A stretch of 64,000 nt of DNA from Dimorphilus gyrociliatus (taxonomy: Eukaryota > Animalia > Annelida), in contig CAJFCJ010000070.1 of the NCBI GenBank assembly GCA_904063045.1, positions 200,785 through 264,784 on the forward strand, read 5' to 3'. The notes under the pieces are model-generated. The model was not told the DNA's origin, did not search any database, and saw only the letters and a list, made by a program, of their open reading frames with translations. Shown here in pieces: positions 13,344 through 26,535 of this stretch (its first letter is position 1; each line of letters starts with the position of its first letter). The translations under genes were made by a program, and so were the position numbers.

Positions 13344-14243
13344 ATGGCAGAAGGAGGAAATGGAAACGCCACTGGGGCAGTTACAGACTCTAACCCTTCA
13401 ACCCCAGCAACTCCAACAATTACAATTCAGCCAGCAGGAATGTCAGAAAGGCAACAAAGACTAATTGAAGACTATGATAGATTGGTGAGTGAAATGAAAA
13501 GAAATCGAATCACAATTCCAACAGATCATGGAGATGGAACACATCACCCAGCACAGAACCCAAATGTTGATATCACAACAGTAATTCAAGCATTAAGGGC
13601 TGCTTGGGACCGCCCTCAAAGAACTATTCTCAAGTTGTATGATGGAAGCAAGGAGTGTTCAAAATTCAAAGAAGACTTTAATCAGGCATGTTATGCTTAT
13701 GGTTGGATAGGAGAAGATGTTGTGAAAGCAAATCTTTTAGATTATTTAACTGGTCCTGCAAAGGATTTGGTGTTGGCTCTGGATGGAGAGCCTACTGTGG
13801 AGGAAATATGGAAAGCCCTCCATGACGAATTTGATCTAGATCCTTTGGAGTATCAGGAGAAATTGCTTAACTTAAAGCAAATGAATGGCGAAAGTGTGGT
13901 TCAGTTTGTTAATAGAGCAAAGAAATTGATAAAGAGGTTTTCTCCACCTAGACCAATGGAACCACAATTGCTTGCAACTATGAAAGAAATAAAACTGATG
14001 GAAGTTTTACAAAGAGGATTACAACAGGATATTCTACATTTAGTGTACACCTTACATCCTAAATGTCAAACATTGGCAGAACTATATGAGGCTGCTAAGC
14101 AAGCAGAAACTTCATTAAAACTAACTCAAAGAAAACCGATCACAATGGTGTCAAAATTGGAAACTCAACAAAGAAAAGAGACCAAAAAGACCCAGGTAAT
14201 CAGAAAAAGATGCTTCTACAGAAACCCCAAATTTCTGGAATAG
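13344..14243 (+). CDS. gag: Gag (retrotransposon capsid-like)
   Basis: ATG downstream of the PBS. Ty3-type capsid pattern F-x-x-x-F...YGW...LLDYLTGPA...L-x-x-EF and LLNLKQ..GESV..F. Confidence 0.85.
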   Translation: MAEGGNGNATGAVTDSNPSTPATPTITIQPAGMSERQQRLIEDYDRLVSEMKRNRITIPTDHGDGTHHPAQNPNVDITTVIQALRAAWDRPQRTILKLYDGSKECSKFKEDFNQACYAYGWIGEDVVKANLLDYLTGPAKDLVLALDGEPTVEEIWKALHDEFDLDPLEYQEKLLNLKQMNGESVVQFVNRAKKLIKRFSPPRPMEPQLLATMKEIKLMEVLQRGLQQDILHLVYTLHPKCQTLAELYEAAKQAETSLKLTQRKPITMVSKLETQQRKETKKTQVIRKRCFYRNPKFLE

Positions 14244-14882
14244 AAAGCATGTACCTGACAACAAAAATGCTACTAAAGAAAAGTTTTCAAGCCAAAAAGT
14301 CCAAAAGTATGCACCAACTACAACAAATAGGTATTATAAGAAAAATCAACCAGCAAAGACGATACTGAAAGAGGAACCTAAGCTACAAAAATTAGAAACA
14401 TTAGACAATGAAAGCATGTCAGAAAACGACGAAGTTCAAGATATTCTCTGTTTTTCAGATAGTGACGAATCCACTTGTCAGCTGTTACAAAGCAAACAAT
14501 CTGAGCGAAATGCCTCAACATTTATTGGACAATTTGAAACTAATACTGGTTTTAAGTTTGATGCCTTGATAGACTCTGGTAGTGACAGATCTTTCATTTC
14601 AAAAAAGGTATTAAGACAAGTTCAAGGAAAAGCATCCTTCCCAGAACAAACTGTGAAAAATGCTAGAGATGCTTCAGGAAATAGCATTGAGATATGTGGA
14701 GAAATCATTCTCAGACTTTATTTTAATCGAAAGATTATTAAACAACGCTTCTGATCAACAAAATCATTACACAACAATGTATTATTGGGTGTGACTTTCT
14801 ACAACAAAATGGAGCTACCCTTGACTTTGGCAAGAGACAGATTATACTCCAGCCAGGTACAGAAAAGATTACCCTGTTGGAA

Positions 14883-15580
14883 NNNNNNNNNNNNNNNNNN
14901 NNNNNNNNNNNNNNNNNNNNNNNNNNNNNNNNNNNNNNNNNNNNNNNNNNNNNNNNNNNNNNNNNNNNNNNNNNNNNNNNNNNNNNNNNNNNNNNNNNNN
15001 NNNNNNNNNNNNNNNNNNNNNNNNNNNNNNNNNNNNNNNNNNNNNNNNNNNNNNNNNNNNNNNNNNNNNNNNNNNNNNNNNNNNNNNNNNNNNNNNNNNN
15101 NNNNNNNNNNNNNNNNNNNNNNNNNNNNNNNNNNNNNNNNNNNNNNNNNNNNNNNNNNNNNNNNNNNNNNNNNNNNNNNNNNNNNNNNNNNNNNNNNNNN
15201 NNNNNNNNNNNNNNNNNNNNNNNNNNNNNNNNNNNNNNNNNNNNNNNNNNNNNNNNNNNNNNNNNNNNNNNNNNNNNNNNNNNNNNNNNNNNNNNNNNNN
15301 NNNNNNNNNNNNNNNNNNNNNNNNNNNNNNNNNNNNNNNNNNNNNNNNNNNNNNNNNNNNNNNNNNNNNNNNNNNNNNNNNNNNNNNNNNNNNNNNNNNN
15401 NNNNNNNNNNNNNNNNNNNNNNNNNNNNNNNNNNNNNNNNNNNNNNNNNNNNNNNNNNNNNNNNNNNNNNNNNNNNNNNNNNNNNNNNNNNNNNNNNNNN
15501 NNNNNNNNNNNNNNNNNNNNNNNNNNNNNNNNNNNNNNNNNNNNNNNNNNNNNNNNNNNNNNNNNNNNNNNNNNNNNNNN
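14883..15580. other. Assembly gap (698 N)
   Basis: Run of N inside the pol region of Gypsy B. Confidence 1.
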
Positions 15581-17560
15581 TATGTAATGAATATCATTTG
15601 TGCTAAAGGATGTAAAGCATTTGTGCCTAAACTACCTTGATGACATAATAATATTTACCAAGTCGCTGGACCAACATTGGGAAGCATTGGAGACCATTCT
15701 TCAACAGATTCAAAAGTACAATTTTAAGATTAAACTAAGTAAATGTGTGTTTTTGAAAGAACAAGTTCAATTCTTGGGACACATTGTATCAGAAAAGGGG
15801 ATTGAAACAGATAAGTCCAAGACAGATAAATTATATAATTTACAGCCACCAGTGTTTGCAAATTCACTACTAAGCTTTGTTGCTTTTGTGGCTATTACAG
15901 AAAATTTATACAAGATTTTGCAAGAGTAGCTAAACCTCTGTATATGTTAATGAAACTACATGGGAAAAAGGATAAATTGCAATGGACTGAGGAAGCCAAG
16001 CAATCATTTTTCAAGTTGAGAGATGCAGTAGTTAACCCTCCTGTATTACAACTACCTGATTTTGCTAAAGATTTTCACTTAACAACAGATGCATCGAATG
16101 TAGCTGTAGGAGGAGTTCTTGAACAAGTTTATGTAGATGAGAATGGGAAGAAAACAATGAAACCCATTGCCTACGCTTCAAAACAATTCAACAATAATCA
16201 AATGAAATATGCAGCCTATCAAAAGGAAGCATTTGGTGTTTACTGGGTTGTAAAGAAATTTTTACATTACCTTCAAGACAAGCCATTCTTTTTATATACT
16301 GACCATCAGAGTCTAGTACAAACATTTAAGCAAAACAAATTGAATGTCAGCACAGCAAAATGGGTCATGGCTTTAATGGATTTAAAATTTACAATTAACT
16401 ATGTGACAGGACAAAAAATAGAGCAGATGCATTAACAAGATTAGAAGAATATACACCCCCAAGGAAAGTAACATTTGAAGAGCTAATTCATGGAAAGATC
16501 AAAAAGGAGAATTCTCCCTCTATTTCAGTTAAAATGGAACAGTATGAACATACACCAGAGTTAACTTTTGTAGCTACCAGTGATAACAGTGAAGAGAAAA
16601 TTGATTTGTCTTCTGTTGACTTACAGTCAGAGCAAGAAAAAGATGTGAATTTAAAATCAATTAAAGAATATTTAACATTGGATGGTCAGCTACCTATTCC
16701 TTATTTTGGAACTTTTACACCTTTCATAATGGAGATGTTTGTTCACAAGGAAATGATCTGGATTATCCTTGAAGAAAGAAACATTCTGGTTTACCTGACC
16801 ATTTGATGCTAACTCTGCTCCCTAAATTCCATAAAAATAAAATTCACAATCACATGGACCCAGAATGACATTACAAATAATACAAAGACCTTTGGCACCC
16901 AAAATTAAAGATTATGATTGAGAATTCAATAAAGGATTGCACTTTGTGTGAACAAATGAATGGTAGGAGTAGAGTATACCCTTTGGTAGAAACCTTTCAC
17001 CCTGCATCACCAATGAGTTGGTAGCCATGGATATAATGGGACCCTTACCCATGGTTAAGTCATACAGATTCATACTTGTGATAGTGGATCATTTCAGTAG
17101 ATACACAGTTTTATATGCACTCAAACAGCAAACAGTAAAGAAATTGCAAACCTTCTTTCAACAGATTTTTCCCATTTTTGGAATTCCAAAACAATGTTGA
17201 CAGATCAAGGAAGAACTTTGTTGGTAAAGCTTTTAAGAGTTTATGAAGGTATTAGGTATTGAGAAAATCCAAACAACAGCTTATAGAAGCCAGAGCAATG
17301 GACTAGTTGAACGAAGAAATAGAAAGTGAGGAAGGAAATCAATAAATTAGTGGTGGAAGAAAATCAGCATAACTGGGTTGCAAACCTACCCTTGATTCAA
17401 GCATTTTTGAATCAATCACCTGTAGGAAGTACAAGACTACCACCCCAGGAACTTCTTTTGGCACCAGCACAAGAACACTGATTGATGTAACAATGCATAC
17501 TACCTCTCCTGAAACAAATGTACTATTTGTATTCAATCACCAGCAGCAATTGGTACAGTT
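15581..17560 (+). pseudogene. pol: RT - RNase H - integrase of Gypsy B (multiple frameshifts)
   Basis: YLDDIII, TTDASNVAVGGVL, AMDIMGPLP and DQGR motifs across several short ORFs. Confidence 0.9.
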
Positions 17561-17929
17561 AAGAGCTACAGCCTTCTGTAAATCCATCATGGCAAAAGAA
17601 CAATATAGGGAAAGAAAGAATAGAAATCTCAATCTTCCAAAATATTTTGAGGTTGATGATGAAGTATTCTTAAGAAATGATGGTGCAAGAATTGCAATAA
17701 CAAAAATCCCTTCTTTAAAATGGTTAGGCCCATACCGAATAACAAAAGTCAATCATCAAAAGTGGATATATGAAATACAAATGGATGATAATACATGCAA
17801 GTTGGTACATGGTAGCAGATTAAGACTAGCCAATGAATCTAAAAAGTTGGAAACAGGGAAAGAAGCAACAACAATCTTTCACCTTGTGGAGAAGGAAATA
17901 ACACACCTCCAATATCTTTCTCAGGTAGA

Positions 17930-18880
17930 AGGAAGAAATGACTTCCAATTCCGTTTGAAGAATCAAAAAGGCCAAGAAGTCATTGCCTTGTGTGACACAG
18001 GAGCATTGAGATCCTTTATTACTGAAAAAGAATCAAGTTAATGGATGTTACAATTATGGATAAAGAAACAATTGGCTTACCAATTATAACTTCAGCTGAT
18101 GGGAAAGCTTTAAAGCAAAAGGAAGCGTAAAGCTGAATATCCAATTTGCTGGAGAAAGTATGGAACAAGAATTTATAGTTATGGAAAATCTAGACATAGC
18201 AATAATACTTGGTTGTGATTTCCTACAAACTGTGGGAGCAAACCTCAATTTTGAAGCTAAACAGTGTTCTCTCAAATTTGATAGAAGGAAAGGGAACCTG
18301 GCTGAAAGAATAAGGCAACCTCAACTAAACAAAGTCACTATAGCCATGATGGGACAGCATGACTCTTCATCAGAAAGCTCAGATAGTGATGACTCAGAGA
18401 TGGAAGTTACTAATTCTGATACTGGTTATGACACAAGCAATACTTTCAAAACAGACAGTAATTACAGTCTCAATGAACCTTCAAGCTCATCTGAAAGTGA
18501 TGACACAGAAACAAATAATGAACTGGATCAAAATACAGATTCAGAGGCAAACATTATCTCTGATAGAGAAGATGAAATACCTAGTTCAGACAATGAGTCA
18601 ATAATTATTGAAAGTGAAATTATTGATATAACCCATTCTGATAATGAGTCAATAATTATTGAAGGTGAAATTATTGACATAACCCATTCAGATAATGAGT
18701 CCCTCATAGTGGTAGATTCATCCCAAGATGAGAAAGAAAATACAAGTGACACAGACAATGAGTCAGTCATATTTTTAGATGAGACTAAAATCATCTCTGA
18801 ACAATTAGATTCCCAACAAGAAGTGGAACCACAATATATAGAGTTAGAAGATGGAATAACTATCAGAGTGGAACAACAAC
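17930..18880 (+). pseudogene. Second aspartic protease plus D/E/S-rich repeat spacer between integrase and env
   Basis: ALCDTGALRSF and IILGCDFL flank a frameshifted protease. DNESIII repeats and PQYIELEDGITI follow. Confidence 0.8.
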
Positions 18881-18929
18881 ACAAAATTTTCAACCATTCA
18901 ACTATAGCCAACACAGGAAGAGCTAACAT

Positions 18930-21346
18930 GAAACAGATGTTGTGGCTTCCACTAGTGATGACTGTAATGGTGATCTGTGGCTGCATCCACTCAATAACAG
19001 TCCCAAAACCATCCTACCAAGGTGCACATGTTACAAGTGCAAACATTACCTTAACATTTAAACCACCGTTATACTTTTGTTCTAACCAACTACCAAGCCA
19101 GGCATTTGATCTAGCAGATGAGCCAACTTGTAATATAGAATCACAAGAAACCAAGACAATTACAGCTGATATCTATGAATTGAACTTGGAAGAAATTGAA
19201 ACAAGAGCAGTAAAATGTCAAGTGTATCTAAGAACTAATTTTTACACTTACTATTTCTTTGGAGCAAAGAAGAGGAGAATTGTTAACTCAGTTATCAAAG
19301 TAACTCATGATCAATGCAGACAGATGGTAAAAGACAAACGATCTTTTCAAGGAAAACCTTTAATGGTGAAAAGAAACACTTGGATCCACCAAGATCAGTT
19401 TCCTGCTGCCTACACATGGCCAACAACTACCAAGGTGCTGGAATACACCACAATTATCCAGTTTGGCAAAGCATATTGGCAACCTCCTAATATGAAAATT
19501 ACAACTAATCTGGACTACCTGGAAGATTGTTTACCAGGGCAGTCCTATTGTGAGACAGAAGAGGCAATTATTGTCTTTAGAAACCTCAAGAATAATTACA
19601 CACTTGGGCAACAATCACCATGGATAAAAATTAGCAACAGAATTAGTTGTATCAAATTTGCTGGTCACTATTCTTGTCCAGGGTATTCTATTCTGGACAT
19701 CCCTTATCAAGATAAGTTCATTGATGGAATTGGTGGTCCTGGAACAAAAGTACTAGTACCACTGGAGGAACAGAGTTTAATACAGGAAACAAGCAAGGAA
19801 CACCTATACAATTTGCTACAATATCAGAAGATTGGCAAAAATGAAGAAAAACGACTATTAAACTATCCCAATAAAGTTAAAGAACAAATTATACTGTACA
19901 AGCGAAACAACCCCTTACCAAGTCTTAACCAATGGTACAGAGAAACAAACACAAAGTATAAACTAATGAGAAATAAAGGCACACTCAAGGAAGTTGTGAT
20001 ATATCATCTACAACAACCCATTAGTCCATCTTACTGGGAGCTGGATAACTATTATATCCAAGAAATGCTGCAAGCAGTCAATTGGACAAGGGCAACAAGA
20101 CAATCTGTCACGATTTCAAATATGTATACAGTGAGAAAAGAATCAAAAAGAAGGTATTACCAACATTGGGCATATGGTATAAAGGACCACCAGCCAGAGA
20201 ATTTAAGATTACCTATGAAGGAATTTATTTTACTCTACACATGAGAATGGCTAAAAAGCAGATGAAGAAGGAAGCAAAACTGAAACATAAGATAAGTAAA
20301 AACCCATACCACAAATTCCCATTGGAAATGAGAGAAGCTGCCCAAACATCTACCTTACTACATGGTATTGATTCAAATTTTAAGAATTTAAAAAAGTTTA
20401 CCCAACAGCTGTCAAGTCTTCTCTGCAATCAATTTGTTCAAAGAAGCAGAATGATGGCATTACTAGCAAATTTGGATCCTCAATTGACCACAGTGTTAAC
20501 AAATGAGTTGGGAATGCACAGTAGTCAGATGGGAGAATTAGCTATAATTAAACAATGTTCACCAATAGCCTCAACAGAAGTAGTTTGTGACTTAAGCATG
20601 ATAAAAAGAATAACAAATGTTCTCAATTTTTACTTGTCACCATGAACAACCTGCTTTTCCAAGTAGAACCAGTTACTCATGTTTTACAGCAAGTCAATCC
20701 TGAAGAGATTACCTATAATGAGTGTAAGTTTAACAAGTTATTCTACAAAACAACTCACAACCCATTAAATCCTATAAGAAACCAACCAATGAAAGACAAA
20801 ACATATGTGTATTATTCAGAAAGAGGATGCAGATTTCACACTGTGTCTGCAAAATCCATGCAGTTACATATCCACAATCACCTTTCTGAACCAAAAATTG
20901 AAATTGCCAGATTAGCTGATCTACTCCACCATGGGGTAAAGAAGGATATTGCATACCAGCACTCAAAAATTAAGCAAGTTATCAGTTCACTAGAACAGAA
21001 GCAGGCAAGGTATGATAACATGGTCACTGTTGCAGAGAAAAATGGCATTGTACCCAATTTATCTGGAATTAAAAAGTTTTTCCATAGTTGGTACTATAAA
21101 CCTGGGAAAACACTTTATGTTATCATACGAAATATTTGTTTGAGTATTGTAGTGTCAATGGTATGTATCATCATTTTCAACTATATTATTGGTAGAAGAA
21201 AACAAAGAGAAGAAATTGCTACCCCAAGTGAGAGCACAGATAACTCTCCTGAAAACCCAAAACTAATGAAACAAAGTTGTAGCTTTAGTCAACATCAAAC
21301 TAATGAAGAAGAACAACCACCTGTAATTCTCATTAAATCAAGATGA
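18930..21346 (+). pseudogene. env: Env-like class III fusion glycoprotein of Gypsy B (frameshifted)
   Basis: Signal-like hydrophobic stretch, Cys pattern, YTYYFFGAK, DPQL...GELAIIKQC and a C-terminal TM (IIRNICLSIVVSMVCIIIF). Homologous to env of family A. Confidence 0.75.
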
Positions 21347-21362
21347 AGGGACTCATCTTCAC

Positions 21363-21376
21363 AAAGAAGGGGGAAG
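21363..21376 (+). promoter_or_regulatory. Polypurine tract
   Basis: AAAGAAGGGGGAAG immediately before the 3' LTR. Confidence 0.85.
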
Positions 21377-21377
21377 T

Positions 21378-22012
21378 TGTACAACTTTGGTTATATTTTA
21401 CATGCTTGAACTCTATTATTTTATGCAACATATACATGTACATCTTAAAACCTACGCAAGAAAATGCTATAACATTGGCCAAACATAAGTCTGATTAGTC
21501 AGCTTGAAGGCTCATCTTTAATTACCAATAAAGGTTTGGCCAAGTTATAATTTAATTAACTTGCCTAGGGTGTGGCCAAGTTATAATTCAATTAACCTTC
21601 CTAAATGTTGAACCTTGTAACATCCTGTTACTAAAGATAAATATGAACTACACATTTTGGCAACTGTAAAGTGATGATTGGATGTCAGAGACAAACCTCA
21701 AAGTATATAAATCCTCATTATTCTTATTTGGCATGCAGCTTCCATCTGGACCCAAGGACCTGGGAAAATCATCTGGAAACAACCTCCACTGGAACCATCC
21801 ATCTACTCCTCAACATTGGAAGACAGTTTGGTAATTTGGCAACCTGCTTTTACAAACTATCTACTCTGCTATCGAACTCTCATATTGTTACTTGCTTAAG
21901 TATTATTATTGCGAATAAACCGTTTTAATTTAAACATTTGTTTAAAGGTTCGAGTAGAACCAGTATTGTTATAACTTGCAAACGCATAGATTTTGCCAGC
22001 AAGAGCAGTACA
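21378..22012 (+). repeat. 3' LTR of family B
   Basis: 635-bp direct repeat of 12649-13283. Confidence 0.95.
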
Positions 22013-22147
22013 GAATGATTTATATGTGGAACTACAATTGAAAATTGCATGTTTTTTCTTGTTATTTTTCTAACATGGGGTGAAATATTTTGGGTGGAAA
22101 TGTCCCAAAGTGGGCCAAAATGTCCTGGGCCGAAATGTCACTGCACC
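22013..22147. mobile_element. MULE-type terminal segment with GGGCCGAAATGTCC subterminal repeats
   Basis: Near-identical to 27655-27801. Ends ...GCCGAAATGTCACTGCACC. Confidence 0.7.
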
Positions 22148-22184
22148 CTCTGAAATATTGCAATTTACAAAAAATCAATATAGT

Positions 22185-22728
22185 TGTACACATTTAGGCA
22201 GTTTGTAGGTACTAAACACATAAGCTCGTAACCAGGCTCACAAATTCACACAATACACCCAAATTGTTACATCTTAGGCAACTTTCTGACCTACTAAAAT
22301 AGGGAGCAAAAGTTCTCCAAGATAAAGAAAAAAGTAACAAACATGGAAGTATATTTGAACTTTCCCTTTATCCAAATTGTTACATTTGTTTGTGTGAATA
22401 TTTTTATCTGTGAACTGTGAACTATTGGAAAAGTATATAAACCCTACGAATTTAACAGTAGTCAGTTCAGTTTTCTAACCGTCAGCTAGTTGTTTAAACT
22501 AGCTTGTTTAGAACTAGAAGCTCATTTTACTCAATACATATTCTTTGGACGAAATACTGGTGTTTTGTTAATCAATTTCTACCGAAATTGCCTTTGTTAG
22601 ACTATTTGTGGACGAACTTTAAAGGTTCTATTTGTGTGAGTACTTTGGCAAGTTGGTAAATGATTGGAAAGGACGATTACAGTTGTGACGAACCAGAAAT
22701 TCCTACAATTACAATACAACAAAGTACA
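22185..22728 (+). repeat. Solo LTR of family A with 5-bp TSD ATAGT
   Basis: 544 bp, TGTACA...GTACA. ATAGT at 22180-22184 and 22729-22733. Confidence 0.92.
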
Positions 22729-23298
22729 ATAGTCATCAATAAAATATATAAATAATTTGTAAACTAGGAGAGGTAGAGAGTATCTGAAAACTACTCATAA
22801 AACTAGACAAAATTTCCTACATTTTAGTTAATAATTTTTTAAAACAAGGCCATTGATTACCCTTCAAAATAGCCCTTGCAAAAAAATAGTCCATCAAATG
22901 AAAAATTTCTTTCACCACTGTATATACTTTCCAAAGAGTTTAACACATTTTACAAAACTTGTTAAATATTTTTCATTCAAATACAAAATATATTATTGTT
23001 TAATGCAAATATTGAGGATATTTTTTGTTATATGTTTGAATATTTTGACTATTAGCATAATGCATCTTTTTTCATTTAGAGGAACTTTAAATTCTGAGTA
23101 TCCCCATCCCCAATAATTAAATTCACATACAAAATTGAAATTTTCACCTTCTGCAGGAGAAAATATTTTTGGTCATCCTATAATTCTTGGAATTGATGCT
23201 GAATTTTTTGGAGAGAAATTAGCATTTAGGGCAAATTAGTATCATTAATTAGTAAAAGAAAAGCAATTACCATAGAGGACTATTCCAGTTTTAGCAGA

Positions 23299-26200
23299 AT
23301 TAGTGCTGCTACCATCATCAATAGAAGCTCCAATTTATATACCATCATTCTATTTTCAAATAGCAATATAAATAATTAAAACTATTTGAATAGAATAAGA
23401 AAAAAATATGGAAAATATGAATCATCTGTTACTCATTTTTTCTGATTTAGCTACAGTGAAAGTATATGTTGAACTTTCAACAGTAGCTGTCACTAGAACT
23501 TAAACAAGTGATTAAATTTTTTAAACAGCCTATCTATAGTTTAGATTTTAGTATTATTATTTACTTTTTTATATACATTTTTAATATAAATCAAGTTATA
23601 GCAAGACTCATAGGACTCATCAAACTAATGTTGTATACATCGAATTTAAGGATGCAATGCACTTTATCATGGGAAAGTTGTATGTCTTACAATTTCTTCC
23701 ATAAGGATTTATCTTGTATGGGTTTTTTTGACATTCCATCGACTCCTTTGTGTTTGAGGTCTCACTTGTTGTTAAATATAGTGTTTAGTGTCTGTTTTTA
23801 ATGGAGTTAGGGTGTGAATGTACATCAAAAGTGCTCCTAAAAATTCTTTAACAGAATATATTGATACCATATTTTTGTATGAATTATAATACACAACAAA
23901 AAAAGGCATTAAAAGTATATTCATCAGACTAGCTCAACCATGCATATGTAATTTTAAATAAGTATAGAGCAATACTCTATTTACACATCACTATGGTTTT
24001 TCTTTAATTCTACAGCCAATTGTAGATAATTGATATTCAACTCAAATATTAAAATTAAATTTATCCTATGTTGACAACAGCTCTAGTAGGTCATATATTT
24101 GTTCCCTGATTTCCTCAGATAATTAGAGGGCCAGATTGGGCCAAGAAAAAAGATCTATCTTGGCAATTTACAAGAAATTGCTACAATGCCTCATCAATAA
24201 AATACAATGGAAAATACAACATAAAAATTTAATAGAATGTATTGTTTATGAAGAAATATACACAACTGTTCAGCTCAGGTTAAGCATAAAGGAAACTTAT
24301 TATTTGTTGACATGAATCTAAGTTGATTCCCATGTTATATCAAATTTTTCAGAGCAGCTATCTTTAACACTTCTACACAATTTTCTGTAATGGGCTTTAC
24401 AAAAATTGCATGTGTATTTTTCTTGCTTCTCTCTCACATTTTCAGTCTGAAATGAGAAATATTAGAAACAGCCAAACTATCTTTTTGCTATACCTTTTTT
24501 AGTAGTTCTCTCATTACAAGTTTTTCCATTAATATGTCATCTTTTTTAGATAATAGTTCCATCAATTCATCTTCTAAAAGTGTAGAAAATGCCAAATTAG
24601 CCAGAATTAAAACCAGACAAATATTGAGGATGTATTTCATTTTGCGAAAAAGATTAAAGATTTTATTAGCCAAAAAATGTCAAGCTATATTCAAAGTGTA
24701 GAGTTTACATAGACACACACAAATATATATATATATATCCTTTGAAAGTATTTAGGCTAACTAAAAGACCTGAAAAACTGGTTTGACATGTTTCACTTCA
24801 AATGCAGACAATATTCTTTTAGATTCCTTTGTGTCCAATGCCTCACTTTTTTCAAATTGAAAGCAATCATACACAAATACAGAATTATTTTCAACATACA
24901 CCAAAAATACTAGTTTCGCATAGGTCAGTGCATACACATTATGCAGCAATAAAACCTTTTGAATTATATAAAGAATATTTGCTATTTGCAACCTTGCATT
25001 AATATTACAATTTATTAATCCATAAATTTATGATTTCGAACTAAAACTAGTTCAATTAATTATCAATTATGCTTAAATTCTAAGTTTAGATTATATTCAC
25101 TATTCAACAGTATTGTATACACAATACTGTTCTTTTTAACATGTAAAAGATGACAAGGCCAAATATTACCTTTATTTTTTTGGCCTTTGTCACCTTGAGA
25201 GCAAATATTCTTTATATAATTCAAAAGTTCTGGCTAATTTGGCATTTTCTAGGCTTTTAGAAGATGAATTGATGGAACTATTGTCTAAAAAAGATGACAT
25301 ATTAATGGAAAAACTTGTAATGAGAGAACTACTAAAAAAGGTATAGCAAAAAGATAGTTTGGCTGTTTCTAATATTTCTCATTTCAGACTGAAAATGTGA
25401 GAGAGAAGCAAGAAAAATACACATGCAATTTTTGTAAAGCCCATTACAGAAAATTGTGTAGAAGTGTTAAAGATAGCTGCTCTGAAAAATTTGATATAAC
25501 ATGGGAATCAACTTAGATTCATGTCAACAAATAATAAGTTTCCTTTATGCTTAACCTGAGCTGAACAGTTGTGTATATTTCTTCATAAACAATACATTCT
25601 ATTAAATTTTTATGTTGTATTTTCCATTGTATTTTATTGATGAGGCATTGTAGCAATTTCTTGTAAATTGCCAAGATAGATCTTTTTTCTTGGCCCAATC
25701 TGGCCCTCTAATTATCTGAGGAAATCAGGGAACAAATATATGACCTACTAGAGCTGTTGTCAACATAGGATAAATTTAATTTTAATATTTGAGTTGAATA
25801 TCAATTATCTACAATTGGCTGTAGAATTAAAGAAAAACCATAGTGATGTGTAAATAGAGTATTGCTCTATACTTATTTAAAATTACATATGCATGGTTGA
25901 GCTAGTCTGATGAATATACTTTTAATGCCTTTTTTTGTTGTGTATTATAATTCATACAAAAATATGGTATCAATATATTCTGTTAAAGAATTTTTAGGAG
26001 CACTTTTGATGTACATTCACACCCTAACTCCATTAAAAACAGACACTAAACACTATATTTAACAACAAGTGAGACCTCAAACACAAAGGAGTCGATGGAA
26101 TGTCAAAAAAACCCATACAAGATAAATCCTTATGGAAGAAATTGTAAGACATACAACTTTCCCATGATAAAGTGCATTGCATCCTTAAATTCGATGTATA

Positions 26201-26535
26201 CAACATTAGTTTGATGAGTCCTATGAGTCTTGCTATAACTTGATTTATATTAAAAATGTATATAAAAAAGTAAATAATAATACTAAAATCTAAACTATAG
26301 ATAGGCTGTTTAAAAAATTTAATCACTTGTTTAAGTTCTAGTGACAGCTACTGTTGAAAGTTCAACATATACTTTCACTGTAGCTAAATCAGAAAAAATG
26401 AGTAACAGATGATTCATATTTTCCATATTTTTTTCTTATTCTATTCAAATAGTTTTAATTATTTATATTGCTATTTGAAAATAGAATGATGGTATATAAA
26501 TTGGAGCTTCTATTGATGATGGTAGCAGCACTAAT
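23299..26535. repeat. 3.2-kb palindrome: 1308-bp arms (23299-24606, 25228-26535) around a 621-bp spacer
   Basis: Identical 97-aa ORFs on opposite strands (23508+, 26033-). Arms are reverse-complementary, with only a few mismatches seen near the inner ends. Confidence 0.95.
24488..24640 (-). CDS. Possible small secreted peptide or first exon (signal peptide, KK sites)
   Basis: MKYILNICLVLILANLAFS followed by acidic/helical TLLEDELMELLSKKDD...LKK. The end AAG/GTATAG could be a splice donor. Confidence 0.35.
   Translation of the reverse strand: MKYILNICLVLILANLAFSTLLEDELMELLSKKDDILMEKLVMRELLKKV

Larger units (their letters stand above)
12649..22012 (+). mobile_element. Ty3/Gypsy LTR retrotransposon family B with env (near full length, frameshifted, spans an assembly gap)
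   Basis: Two 635-bp LTRs, PBS, gag, protease (DSG), RT (YLDDII), RNase H, integrase, second protease (DTG), acidic spacer, env with TM, and PPT. No TSD (left flank ACTAC, right flank GAATG). Confidence 0.92.

Noticed and set aside
14785-15606. Long ORFs in the ORF track made mostly of X
   Set aside because: Artefacts of the 698-N gap.
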